A DNA stretch of 64,000 bases, from the NCBI GenBank assembly GCA_963825135.1, contig CAWGRW010000009.1:1152001-1216000 (forward strand), read 5' to 3'. Made by a program: the position numbers and the translations under genes. The stretch comes from an uncultured bacterium. Its GTDB lineage: Bacteria; Desulfobacterota_D; UBA1144; Nemesobacterales; UBA2774. A model generated the notes under the pieces. It searched no databases. It was not told the origin of the DNA and saw nothing but the letters and a program-made list of their open reading frames with translations. Below, piece by piece: positions 53,393-62,359 of this stretch (position 1 is the stretch's first letter; every line of letters begins with the position of its first letter).

Positions 53393-54157
53393 TTATTTAA
53401 TTACCTTCGCGATCAGGTGGTGCCCGACACCCTTAACGAGTTTTCTTGGGATTAGATTGAAGGCCGGAACAAAAAGATAGTTGTATAAGTATGAGGTGGC
53501 GCCCCTGTTTAATTTAGTTTTAACCGGATACCGGTCTGTAACAATCTCAAGCCTTGAGAAACAACTCAACAGCCCACGGAGCTGATTTATAGAATACTGT
53601 CTGAAGACTGGGGCGTCGTCTCTCATCAGTCCGATATTAAAAGTCGTGTGGAGAAAGTTCAGCCACGAATCAGAGTGATATACGACAAGACACGCCTCAC
53701 CGCCCGGTTTAAGAACCCGGTGCATTTCCTCTACCATCCTTTTAGGGCTCGGCGTGTAGGAAAGGGGTGAGTGAGAGTAAATCGCATCGAAGCTGTTGTC
53801 TCCAAAATTTAAATCCTCTCCGTTCATTTGAAGAACCTCTCCGGAAATCCTTTCAAGCTCCAAATGTTTTCTCGCCAGCGCTACAGCAAAATCCGTAAGA
53901 TCCACCCCTGTAACTATCGCTCCCCCCTTGGCAAAACTAATAAGATCGGTACCGAAACCACAGCCCACTTCCAATAATTTCTTTCCTTTATAACCGTCAA
54001 AGTCAACGTGCCTTTTCAGGTAATTGAGCTTTTGATAATGATACTTCTCGACGTCGCGAAAGAATTCGACAGTCCCCGGAGGGTCTTTTGACACTTCGAA
54101 CTCGTGCGGTTTCTTAGTCCAGTATTCCCTTACAAGATCTATTTGAGTTTGTTTCAT
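53393..54157 (-). CDS. Class I SAM-dependent methyltransferase
   Basis: LLEVGCGFGTD, GVDLT, SFDAIYS and HRVLKPGG. Confidence 0.9.
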   Translation of the reverse strand: MKQTQIDLVREYWTKKPHEFEVSKDPPGTVEFFRDVEKYHYQKLNYLKRHVDFDGYKGKKLLEVGCGFGTDLISFAKGGAIVTGVDLTDFAVALARKHLELERISGEVLQMNGEDLNFGDNSFDAIYSHSPLSYTPSPKRMVEEMHRVLKPGGEACLVVYHSDSWLNFLHTTFNIGLMRDDAPVFRQYSINQLRGLLSCFSRLEIVTDRYPVKTKLNRGATSYLYNYLFVPAFNLIPRKLVKGVGHHLIAKVIK

Positions 54158-54215
54158 TTTTTTCGCCCGCGCATGCTGCTGGGTAATATTATTTCAAAAT
54201 TGAAGCGTGATCGAA

Positions 54216-55403
54216 TCATCTCATTATAGGGCTCTCTGATGTGATAAGGTCGAGTATTTGTCTGACCTTTTCTATTTTTTCTTCGGAACTGTAATTAGTT
54301 TCAAAATATCGCTTGGACCTTGTACCCAGTCCTTCAGCATAAGAAGGATCGTCCAGGAGCGAGATTACACCGTACGCAATTGATTCGGGGCGAGGATCGA
54401 CCAAAACGGCTATTTCGTTATTTAGAATTTGAGTGTGCGCTTCAATGTTTGTAGCCACTATCGGCTTTCCCGATTGCATGTAGTTGTAGATTTTCAGGGG
54501 AGGGTTAGTGCCTGTAATCCTCGTGGATATCAGAACATCGGCAATGTTTACAAACGCCGGCAGCGCCTCTACGGGTAACGACCCGGTAAAATGAAAATTA
54601 GATATAATCCCGAGCTGTTCAATGAGCTTACTCAGGCTTTTAATCTGCTGAGGTCTGCCGCCGATTAGAACGAACAGTACGTCATCCCTTTGTTTTGCTA
54701 TCAGATTTGCGGATTCGATGAGAAGCTCCAGTCCCTGATAAACTTCGAACGTCCCCGCGTATAATACTATTTTCCTGCAGGCTATACCAAGCTGGGGAAG
54801 CTCGACAGAAGTCAAACCCAGGTTACTGATATCCGGGGAATCGGGTGTCGGACCGTTCTCTATCATTACACTAGCCACCCTGTCGTTGATTCTCCTGACA
54901 TAATTATCCAGCATCGGGGAGACGGTAATGACGCCATGGCTTGAATTGATTACCCACCTTTCAATTAATTCGAGCATAGATATTATGGGGGAATAGCCGG
55001 AATACCCGAAATTTCTCATAGCCTGCGGAATGGAAGAATGAAAATCATACAGGTGTCTGACTTTGAAAATTTTAGAGAGCGCCACACCGAATATAGAAGC
55101 CTCTTCATGCGAATGCAGAAGGTCGTACCGGTTCTTTATCAAGATGCGGACCGCTTTAATAATAACGAAAGCGTCGAGAAAGATTTTATTTATAGAAGGT
55201 CCCACGGCTACTTCTTTAATAAACGGGAAATTCATTATGCGGTGAATTCTTACGCCGGGAATTATGACGTCCTCTCCCAAATGATATGTTATGACGTCCA
55301 CCTCATGTCCGAGTTCGGAAAAAGCCGCCAGCCTGGATTTGATAGCGATAGGCGTACCGCGCGGAGAAAAAAAGGGCTGTGGCGCTAACATTAATATTTT
55401 CAT
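54216..55403 (-). CDS. Glycosyltransferase family 4
   Basis: APQPFFSPRGTP, LYAGTFEVYQG and PLKIYNYMQSGKPIVAT. Confidence 0.9.
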   Translation of the reverse strand: MKILMLAPQPFFSPRGTPIAIKSRLAAFSELGHEVDVITYHLGEDVIIPGVRIHRIMNFPFIKEVAVGPSINKIFLDAFVIIKAVRILIKNRYDLLHSHEEASIFGVALSKIFKVRHLYDFHSSIPQAMRNFGYSGYSPIISMLELIERWVINSSHGVITVSPMLDNYVRRINDRVASVMIENGPTPDSPDISNLGLTSVELPQLGIACRKIVLYAGTFEVYQGLELLIESANLIAKQRDDVLFVLIGGRPQQIKSLSKLIEQLGIISNFHFTGSLPVEALPAFVNIADVLISTRITGTNPPLKIYNYMQSGKPIVATNIEAHTQILNNEIAVLVDPRPESIAYGVISLLDDPSYAEGLGTRSKRYFETNYSSEEKIEKVRQILDLITSESPIMR

Positions 55404-55440
55404 GATTCAGGATTGGATCACCGGGCCCGGGGTTTCCCTC

Positions 55441-56421
55441 TCATTTCCTCGAATTTGTCTCTAAAACTTTCCTTATCATGTAAGTGGGTTTATTTTGGGT
55501 TTCATAGTGACTCCTTACGACGAGTTCACCCAATAATCCCATCGTGCCGAGCTGCACGCCGAATATAATTAAAAGCACCGCCATTAACAGGAGCGGTCTC
55601 TCCGCCAGGGGATGGCCGAAAAATATTTTGAGAAAGGATAGGTATGTAGCTATAACCAATCCCGAGAAGAGCGATGCAATCCCGAGCAAGCCGAAAATCC
55701 TGAGGGGGCTGGTAGAATAGCCTAAAAGAAACTTGACCGTGATCAAATCCAATATGACTCGCGGAGTCCTCATTATCCCGTACTTGGACTTGCCTGAATT
55801 TCTCCGCAGATGTTTTACCTCCACCTCGCCCACACTGACCCCCATCCAGCTTGCTATTGCCGGAATGAATCTGTGCATTTCGCCGTAAAGTTTTAAATTT
55901 TTAACTATCTCGCTTTTGTACGCTTTCAAAGAGCAGCCATAGTCGTGAAGCTCGATCCCCGTGATACGTGAGAGAATGAAATTTGCAATGCGGGAAGGCA
56001 ATTGTCTCGTTAGCGGACCATCGGCTCTGTATTTACGCCAGCCGCTGACGATATCGTACCCCTTCTCCATCTCCGCCAGCAGATTCGGGATGTCCGCCGG
56101 GTCGTTCTGCATGTCGCCGTCCATCGTCACGATAACGGCGCCCCTTGCCCGATCGAAGCCCGCTGTGAAGGCCGGGGTCTGGCCGAAGTTTCGGCGGAGG
56201 CTGATTACTATCAGGCTCGGGTCGCCCGATTGTAGTTTATTCATTATTTCGAAGCTGTTATCGGTGCTCCCGTCATCGACCATGATGATCTCGTAATTTC
56301 TCTTTATCTTATCGAGCGTCTCCTTCAGCTTATTGAATAGCGGAATAATATTCTCCGCTTCGTTAAATACGGGGATAACTATCGATAGCTCAACATCATT
56401 TACAGTCATGGTAGAGACCAT
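55441..56421 (-). CDS. Glycosyltransferase family 2, polyprenyl-phosphate glycosyltransferase (ArnC/GtrB-like)
   Basis: SIVIPVFNE, VDDGSTD, RNFGQ, MDGDMQNDP and HRFIP; two C-terminal TM helices. Confidence 0.92.
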   Translation of the reverse strand: MVSTMTVNDVELSIVIPVFNEAENIIPLFNKLKETLDKIKRNYEIIMVDDGSTDNSFEIMNKLQSGDPSLIVISLRRNFGQTPAFTAGFDRARGAVIVTMDGDMQNDPADIPNLLAEMEKGYDIVSGWRKYRADGPLTRQLPSRIANFILSRITGIELHDYGCSLKAYKSEIVKNLKLYGEMHRFIPAIASWMGVSVGEVEVKHLRRNSGKSKYGIMRTPRVILDLITVKFLLGYSTSPLRIFGLLGIASLFSGLVIATYLSFLKIFFGHPLAERPLLLMAVLLIIFGVQLGTMGLLGELVVRSHYETQNKPTYMIRKVLETNSRK

Positions 56422-56864
56422 TTTATCTTGATTGCTCCCGATTTGAAAGTGCGGGGGGTCGCGGGGTCGAATTCCGGCATGAGACGATCCCTCTTGAGCT
56501 ATACATGGTAATCACTTGCGGGAAAAGACTCGCGCGGACTTAACTAATGCTGAATATTGAGTGAAACGATGGCGGGCTTGGAGGAACGCAAAACCCTTCC
56601 GAATCGAATCAAACCCGCTGCCCGCATAAGGGGACATACAACTCCGCGCCCGCCCGGAATCGCACCAGGTGTACTCGGCGAATTCCCTACTTACGGGTCA
56701 CAAATCGTAAGGCTCAAGGGACAGGTCAGCTTGCTGATTAATCCGGTGTCTGTTGGCAGAAGTCTCCGGATCGTACGGCCTCTTAGACGTTATGCCGGTC
56801 GTTGTAAACACGCCGGCAGTCGGTTACCTTCACTTTTAAGTAATGCCAAAACTGGAGGTAAATC

Positions 56865-57479
56865 ATGCGCTCTGATATTCGTGAAGGTTTGCGGTTTCCC
56901 GACTATGAACTGCCTGACCACTCAGGCGACACGCGGAAGCTCTCGGACTTGCAGGGGAGCAACCCCTTGGTGCTCCACTTGTCGCGGGGCGGGTTCGACC
57001 CCAAGGAGCACAGATACCTCCGCCGCCTGGTCGACTCGTGGCCCGACTTCAAAGCCGCCTATACGCGAATCGTCGTGATATCGACGGATAACCAGCTCGA
57101 GATTAACGAGTTCCGCGACAGTCTGGGGGCGGAGTTCCCTTTCCTGTCCGACCCGGGTCGAAAGATTCAGAAGGACCTCGATATCCAGGAATACACCGAT
57201 CCGGTGCACGACCCTATGATTCCGCATACTTTCGTTCTCGAGCCCGGTCTGATTATCTCCAGGATTTATAACTGCTACTGGTACTGGGGCCGTCCCACGA
57301 TATCCGAACTGCACATCGACCTGCGGGCCGTATTCCGAAAAGTCCGTCCGGACTTCGACCTCAGCGCTCCCGGCCTGCGAGAGGCGTGGGAACGCGGCGA
57401 CCGGGATCAGTTCCTGGTCGCCCCGATCGAAAAAGCCATCCGCTATACCGAGGGGACATCGATAGGCGTCAAGCGGTGA
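56865..57479 (+). CDS. Redoxin (AhpC/TSA-like) domain protein lacking the expected active-site Cys
   Basis: FPDYELPDH..KLSDL, RGGFDPKE, VVISTD and FPFLSDP; GGAGG RBS. Confidence 0.75.
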   Translation: MRSDIREGLRFPDYELPDHSGDTRKLSDLQGSNPLVLHLSRGGFDPKEHRYLRRLVDSWPDFKAAYTRIVVISTDNQLEINEFRDSLGAEFPFLSDPGRKIQKDLDIQEYTDPVHDPMIPHTFVLEPGLIISRIYNCYWYWGRPTISELHIDLRAVFRKVRPDFDLSAPGLREAWERGDRDQFLVAPIEKAIRYTEGTSIGVKR

Positions 57480-57481
57480 GT

Positions 57482-58357
57482 TTAGGCAGCCTTCTTCCCG
57501 GCCGCGGTATTCTTGTCGAGAAATCGTTCGATGTGGCCGGCAATGACATCTACGTGCGATTCGAGCGTAAAGTGTCCGCCGTCGAGTAAATGGACCTCGA
57601 TATTCTTCAAATCCCGCTTGTATGCGGTTCCGCCTTCGTTGGTGAAGAATATGTCATTTGTTCCCCAAGCCACCAGGGTAGGAGGCTGGTGCTTTTTGAA
57701 GTAGGCTTGCAAGCCCGGATACCCTTTCAAGTTGTTTTGATAATCGTAGAGTAACTCGATCTGTATATCGACGCGTCCCGGTAGATTCAAGTAATAGAGA
57801 TCCATATTCCAGGCATCGGGGCTGACCTTTGCGGGGTCGGGCTCTCCGTTTACGTAAAGATACTTCACCGTGTCATGAGTAAGCACTTCCCTCAGGGGCT
57901 TTTCGGTACTTTCGTTCCTGTTTTTCCATAGCTCCCTTACAGGATCGAAGCCTTTTCCGATGCCCTCCTCGTAAGCGTTCGAGTTTTGAATTATCAGGGC
58001 CTCTATCCACTCCGGATGCCTGGCCGCGATACGAAATCCCACGGGGCCGCCGTAGTCCTGGACGAACAGACTGAATGTGCTGAGCCCGATCTTCCGTATG
58101 AACTTCTCCATCACCTCGGAGAGATTATCGAAGCTGTATTCAAACTTGTCCACGGGAGGACTGTCGCTGTTGCCAAAACCGGGATAATCCGGCGCGACGA
58201 GATGGAACTTCCCGGACAAAGCCGTGATCAGGTTCCGGTAATAGTGGGACGACGAGGGAAATCCATGCAGCAATAGAATGGTCGGGGCGTCCTTCGGTCC
58301 CGCCTCCCTGTAAAATATTTCAAGCCCGTCTACTGCAATCGTACGATAATCCGTCAA
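57482..58357 (-). CDS. Alpha/beta hydrolase (epoxide hydrolase/dehalogenase-like)
   Basis: LLHGFPSS, APDYPGFG, QDYGG (Asp nucleophile) and GGHF; TTG start after GGAGG. Confidence 0.9.
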   Translation of the reverse strand: MTDYRTIAVDGLEIFYREAGPKDAPTILLLHGFPSSSHYYRNLITALSGKFHLVAPDYPGFGNSDSPPVDKFEYSFDNLSEVMEKFIRKIGLSTFSLFVQDYGGPVGFRIAARHPEWIEALIIQNSNAYEEGIGKGFDPVRELWKNRNESTEKPLREVLTHDTVKYLYVNGEPDPAKVSPDAWNMDLYYLNLPGRVDIQIELLYDYQNNLKGYPGLQAYFKKHQPPTLVAWGTNDIFFTNEGGTAYKRDLKNIEVHLLDGGHFTLESHVDVIAGHIERFLDKNTAAGKKAA

Positions 58358-58552
58358 TATAGCCTCCGCTGTTCAGTATTTAAAGAGTATTAGACGCAGT
58401 GGTTATGCCGAGGGATCCAGGTTATTTTTTTCCGCTTCATGGAGATGCCCCCCATGAGTAAAATTGAGACTGTCAAAAAAGCAGGTCCTGAATGTATACA
58501 TGCGGATTGTACAATCCCTAATCGTTTCAGAAGTTAACAAAATCCCGCATAC

Positions 58553-58597
58553 GGATTCCTGATCCCGGAGTCGGAGGTTCGAGCCCTCCCGGGGACG
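58553..58597 (+). pseudogene. 3' half of a tRNA (Arg-CCT-like), probable att-site remnant
   Basis: gga-ttcctga-tcc anticodon arm, ggagg-ttcgagc-cctcc T arm and cggggac-g acceptor strand; no D arm or 5' acceptor strand upstream. Confidence 0.75.
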
Positions 58598-58977
58598 CAA
58601 TGGTCTAATGTAGTTACAGCGCCCCGGGAGTGAATGAACACAGGGCACTCGATAACATGACGCCTGAGGAGTATGTGAAAAAGCACGTAAAGACATCAGA
58701 AATCTCTAATTCACACGGTAGAGCTTTTGGGTGAGGCCCAAAATATGTAAAACCTGACTTAAATCATGGACCTCTTACAGGGGAGCAGGACGGAGAACTG
58801 GTCTTGACACGGGGCTCTTTTTTTGAGATAGTAGGACTAGAAAAGGTTCATGCGTAAAATGGATTTATTTTGTTGCGGGCACGAAAGTTAGCATAGTAGT
58901 TTTTGCGGAATCTTTAGTACTTGGCCCGTCCAAATGACTGTCGTTCCGATGACATTAACACAATAAAGGAGAATGCC

Positions 58978-59295
58978 ATGAAGTACATGATCAGCTGGTT
59001 CGAGCGCCCGCAAGGTTCGCCTGCGGAGTACGAGAACGCCCAGAAGCGCATACTCGAAGTGTTCACTCAATGGAAGGCGCCCGACAATTTCAATATCGAA
59101 TTGTTCGTAGTGCGGGTCGGTGAGTGGGGCGGGCATTTGTTGGTGGACTGCGACGATCCCCTGGCTATTCACAAATTTTGTTCGACCTGGCCTGCTTTCG
59201 AATTCCAGGCACGGCCCGTGATTCCCGTGGAGGACGCTGTCCGCGTCGAGCTCGAGGCTATGGCCTGGCGGGATAGTCTGAAGAAAGGCAAATAA
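58978..59295 (+). CDS. DUF3303 family protein
   Basis: MKYMISWFERPQGS..QKRIL..W..P pattern; AAGGAG RBS; TTGACA (58804), 17 bp, GATAGT promoter candidate upstream. Confidence 0.7.
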   Translation: MKYMISWFERPQGSPAEYENAQKRILEVFTQWKAPDNFNIELFVVRVGEWGGHLLVDCDDPLAIHKFCSTWPAFEFQARPVIPVEDAVRVELEAMAWRDSLKKGK

Positions 59296-59316
59296 AGCGG
59301 CTATTTCCTTCGGCTG

Positions 59317-59796
59317 TCAATATGGCGTTCCGTCTTTGTGGACGAACTTCCACTTACCCTCCGCTAGCGAAGCCGCGAGATCGTCGTCGGGGTAGTGTCC
59401 TTCATCTCCCGGCGTTCTGTCGCCCACTTCGAGGTACACGACGTCCTCAGCGGTTTCGTTGATCAGATGGTGACCGTTGCCTGTGCCCGCTTTGAAACCT
59501 GCGCACATTCCCGGAGAGAGCACCGTATGACCTTCGTCCGTGTGTAATGTCGGACTACCCCGCAAGACGTAAATGAACTCGTCTTGTTTGGTGTGATAGT
59601 GACGGATAGACGAGATTGCATTGGGCGCCAGGCGTGTGAGGTTGACGCCAAAGTTGGTAAGGCCGAACAAATCTCCTAGCGGCCGTTTCTCCCTGCCCGT
59701 CATCTGTGAAGCGAATGGCTCAGGGTAGTTTGACGGCTTGGTCCGTGCGGGCGCCTCAGCCGCATCGACGGCGACAGGCCTTGTTTCTTGTGACAT
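59317..59796 (-). CDS. Cupin domain protein
   Basis: GLTNFGVNL, SIRHYHTKQDEFIYVL, GFKAG..NGHHLIN and YPDDDL; CAGGAGG RBS. Confidence 0.9.
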   Translation of the reverse strand: MSQETRPVAVDAAEAPARTKPSNYPEPFASQMTGREKRPLGDLFGLTNFGVNLTRLAPNAISSIRHYHTKQDEFIYVLRGSPTLHTDEGHTVLSPGMCAGFKAGTGNGHHLINETAEDVVYLEVGDRTPGDEGHYPDDDLAASLAEGKWKFVHKDGTPY

Positions 59797-60022
59797 ATAT
59801 GCCTCCTGATCCTGCATGGTGAGTTTCGGCGTATCCGGTTCCATCTTCATTTTTTGAATCCGGGTTCATCACATATCTGACGTCTGTAATCGGCTAATCG
59901 ATGAACTCTCGAAGCAGACACGTAAATCTTAGCAATAATTATATCCTTTGGTCAAATCGGCCAGGCGGATCGATGCCGGTCGAGTTATTTCCTTTGCTGC
60001 TTTACGGTTACATCGCCTGGTG

Positions 60023-60071
60023 CAATGGCGGGCGATGGGGGACTCGAACCCCCGGCCTCAGGCTTCGGAGG
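60023..60071. repeat. 49-bp perfect direct repeat of the tRNA-Arg(CCG) 3' part (att site); partner at 62281-62329
   Basis: caatggcgggcgatgggggactcgaacccccggcctcaggcttcggagg is identical at both positions. Confidence 0.97.
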
Positions 60072-60187
60072 ACGCGAGCAAACTAGTAAAGCGTAATATA
60101 CATTCGTATTGAATCTCAGCAATCACAGAATGTTGAGTTGTTTTTCTACGCAACACCAATTTATACAGAATGGTGAATAACGGCACA

Positions 60188-60211
60188 ATATGGACACTTA
60201 TATGGACACTT
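60188..60211. repeat. Tandem 12-bp repeat ATATGGACACTT x2 (arm-type site candidate)
   Basis: Perfect tandem copies; related TGGAC boxes at 62193 and 62206 near the other end. Confidence 0.7.
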
Positions 60212-60270
60212 CCATTTTAATGCGTGGCCGAGCTTATGGTGTACTTACGCCAGATGTCCTTCACCACTCG

Positions 60271-60984
60271 TTATGCTGCGTTGTCGTTTGGTGTAACCAT
60301 GCAAAGAAACGCAACCCTTTTGTAAAAGGCCAAAACCCAAGCACTCATTGTATCGTGGCCTTGAACCCGTTGAAACCAATATGCAAAGACGTTTTCACCG
60401 AACACATTCGGTGAATTTCGTGTCACCTTATCGAAGATGTCAAGGACCCGCACCGTGGCATCGGAGTCGATGTTTGTAAGGCCCGCCGCAGAATAAGCGG
60501 TGACGTGAAAGTATTCGGGAATACGTTTGCCAAATTCGTGGAAATACAAACCGGTTGTGATTCTTGCGGCCACACGATCGAGACGGGAGAGATCGACATC
60601 ATATCCAGGTGCAGTTCCGAGGTAGATTCCACCAGCAGATAAGAGATCAAGATTACCCATGCTATTGAAGAATGCTTGCTGGAATCCCTTCTTCGATGGT
60701 TTTTGTAGGGATCGGTAGATCGAAGGCAGAATTGCTTTGACGGCGGGATGATCACCTGTATCGTGGCGCATGGAAATCACGAGCCGGAAGTATTCGTCGT
60801 CTCTGGATGCACCTTCGTTGCAAGATCGGCAACTGGGAACAGTGATCAGATTCGACGGTCTCGGTTTCGGAAAGAGAGTTTTCGGCGGAATGTGATCGTC
60901 GGTCAACGCTTCCGCACTACCGCAATAAACGCAAAAATAATTCGTAACATTGGGTCCGTCATATGTGTTGACTACCATTTTCAT
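60271..60984 (-). CDS. HNH endonuclease with a zinc finger and C-terminal extension
   Basis: CVYC..TDDHIPPK..LITVPSCRSCN..SRDDEYF. Confidence 0.85.
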   Translation of the reverse strand: MKMVVNTYDGPNVTNYFCVYCGSAEALTDDHIPPKTLFPKPRPSNLITVPSCRSCNEGASRDDEYFRLVISMRHDTGDHPAVKAILPSIYRSLQKPSKKGFQQAFFNSMGNLDLLSAGGIYLGTAPGYDVDLSRLDRVAARITTGLYFHEFGKRIPEYFHVTAYSAAGLTNIDSDATVRVLDIFDKVTRNSPNVFGENVFAYWFQRVQGHDTMSAWVLAFYKRVAFLCMVTPNDNAA

Positions 60985-61912
60985 ACTCTTGATCTATCTC
61001 TCCTAATAGTTCTAAAATATATGAATGTTTGTTAGATAAAAAGCTTGCGAAAATATAAGCATCTTTTTCAGACAAGGTACTCTTCTCGCCGTCTTCAAAG
61101 AAGGATTCAAGCTTTCTAATTGGATAGAGAACGTCGTCTATACCGTGGATAAATACATCGTTTGCGGGATATTCTCCTCTTTCTTTGAGCTTTTCTATTA
61201 GCTTGTTGTAACGATCATGAATAAGCTTCAAGCAAATAGCCCCAATCTTCCTATTTGAAGTTGTAAGAATGCCATCAAATACCTTTTCAAATTCGTAACT
61301 CATACCATGAGGGAGCAAGTTGACCAATTTTTCCATGCGAAACTTCTCCTTGTGTGCTTTCTCTTCCGCTTCCAATCTGCCCGTTAACGTGAACAGAATC
61401 GAGGAAATATATTTTCTTTGCTCGGCTACCCATCTAGGAATGTTGATGTCCCTATGCTCGGAGGTGCCATCGATGTAAAAAGAAAAGATACTAAAGCCGG
61501 CCGGACCCAGCGACGCTCTTGAGATATAATGATAGGAGATAGGCTTCGATTTTGTCTTGGCCCGTTTTGTGGGATGTCCAACAGCATCGTTCCGTATCCT
61601 ACGAATCTCTAATAGTATTGGGTAGTTGTTAATCTTCTCTGAAATTGCAAGCGATTCGCAAAGATTGTCAACTGCATCTTGCTGGACATACATTGCTTGG
61701 AGAAGCCCATAGACCGTAAGGTAGTAAACTGCCGTGCTATCTCCAAACTCCTTTGCCTCGAAAGCGGTAATCGCTTCTTCCGTGTCTCCGATCACATCAA
61801 GCGAACTGCAAAGTTGAGAAAACAACGGTTTGTTCTGTCGTAACTCATAATGCATTCGCGGATCGTTTATATGCTCGCGAATTTGTTTTATCCGGTTTTG
61901 AACTGGATTCAC
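60959..61912 (-). CDS. Hypothetical protein with a HEPN-like RNxxxxH motif (probable GTG start at 61912; ORF extends to 62011)
   Basis: Sequence looks largely helical; IRRIRNDAVGHP at 61594-61574; stop overlaps the HNH start. Confidence 0.65.
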   Translation of the reverse strand: MNPVQNRIKQIREHINDPRMHYELRQNKPLFSQLCSSLDVIGDTEEAITAFEAKEFGDSTAVYYLTVYGLLQAMYVQQDAVDNLCESLAISEKINNYPILLEIRRIRNDAVGHPTKRAKTKSKPISYHYISRASLGPAGFSIFSFYIDGTSEHRDINIPRWVAEQRKYISSILFTLTGRLEAEEKAHKEKFRMEKLVNLLPHGMSYEFEKVFDGILTTSNRKIGAICLKLIHDRYNKLIEKLKERGEYPANDVFIHGIDDVLYPIRKLESFFEDGEKSTLSEKDAYIFASFLSNKHSYILELLGEIDQEYENGSQHI

Positions 61913-62283
61913 GTTTTCAGCCCTATCTTTGTGAGAGACGTTAAATATTTCTAAGCGCTTTACTTGCTGATTATACGAAATATTTCCATCTAACCAGATT
62001 AAGAATAACAAAATTTGTAGATTTTATCTAACGTCTGTTATCTCTTTATAAGCTTTTCATGATAAGCCTGTGATAGTAGCGGACATTCCATATGGATGTA
62101 TTGATAGATGACATGGATGGTACGCGCTCAGGCGGTTCTATAAGCCGTCATCATCAATAGTGTGTATCGATAGATATACGACATGTGAATTGTGGACGCC
62201 CTGCGTGGACACTAGTATTAATATCACCACCCTCGTGTAAACAAAATACTCGATGTAATTAACTCTAAGCATTGAAAAAACAA

Positions 62284-62359
62284 TGGCGGGCGATGGGGGA
62301 CTCGAACCCCCGGCCTCAGGCTTCGGAGGCCTGCGCTCTATCCACTGAGCTAATCGCCC
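62284..62359 (-). tRNA. tRNA-Arg(CCG), CCA encoded
   Basis: GGGCGAT/ATCGCCC acceptor stem, CAGGC-CTCCGAA-GCCTG anticodon arm and GGGGG-TTCGAGT-CCCCC T arm; 76 nt. Confidence 0.97.

Larger units (their letters stand above)
60023..62329. mobile_element. Minimal integrase-less genomic island in tRNA-Arg(CCG); excision unit 2258 bp
   Basis: Flanking 49-bp repeats, visibly AT-richer interior, TGGACACT repeats near both ends and two cargo genes. Confidence 0.85.

Noticed and set aside
56440..56490. gggggtcgcggggtcgaattccggc resembles a decayed tRNA T arm at the edge of the glycan cluster
   Set aside because: The stem is imperfect, the loop is not TTCGA, and no anticodon arm or acceptor match is visible. 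Too weak to call without a covariance search.
59901..60086. 61-aa ORF across the att repeat (and the similar 58403-58696 ORF)
   Set aside because: These are antisense translations of tRNA fragments with no coding signal.
60072..62280. Prophage or IS interpretation of the tRNA island
   Set aside because: No structural, replication, transposase or integrase genes, and no terminal inverted repeats seen.
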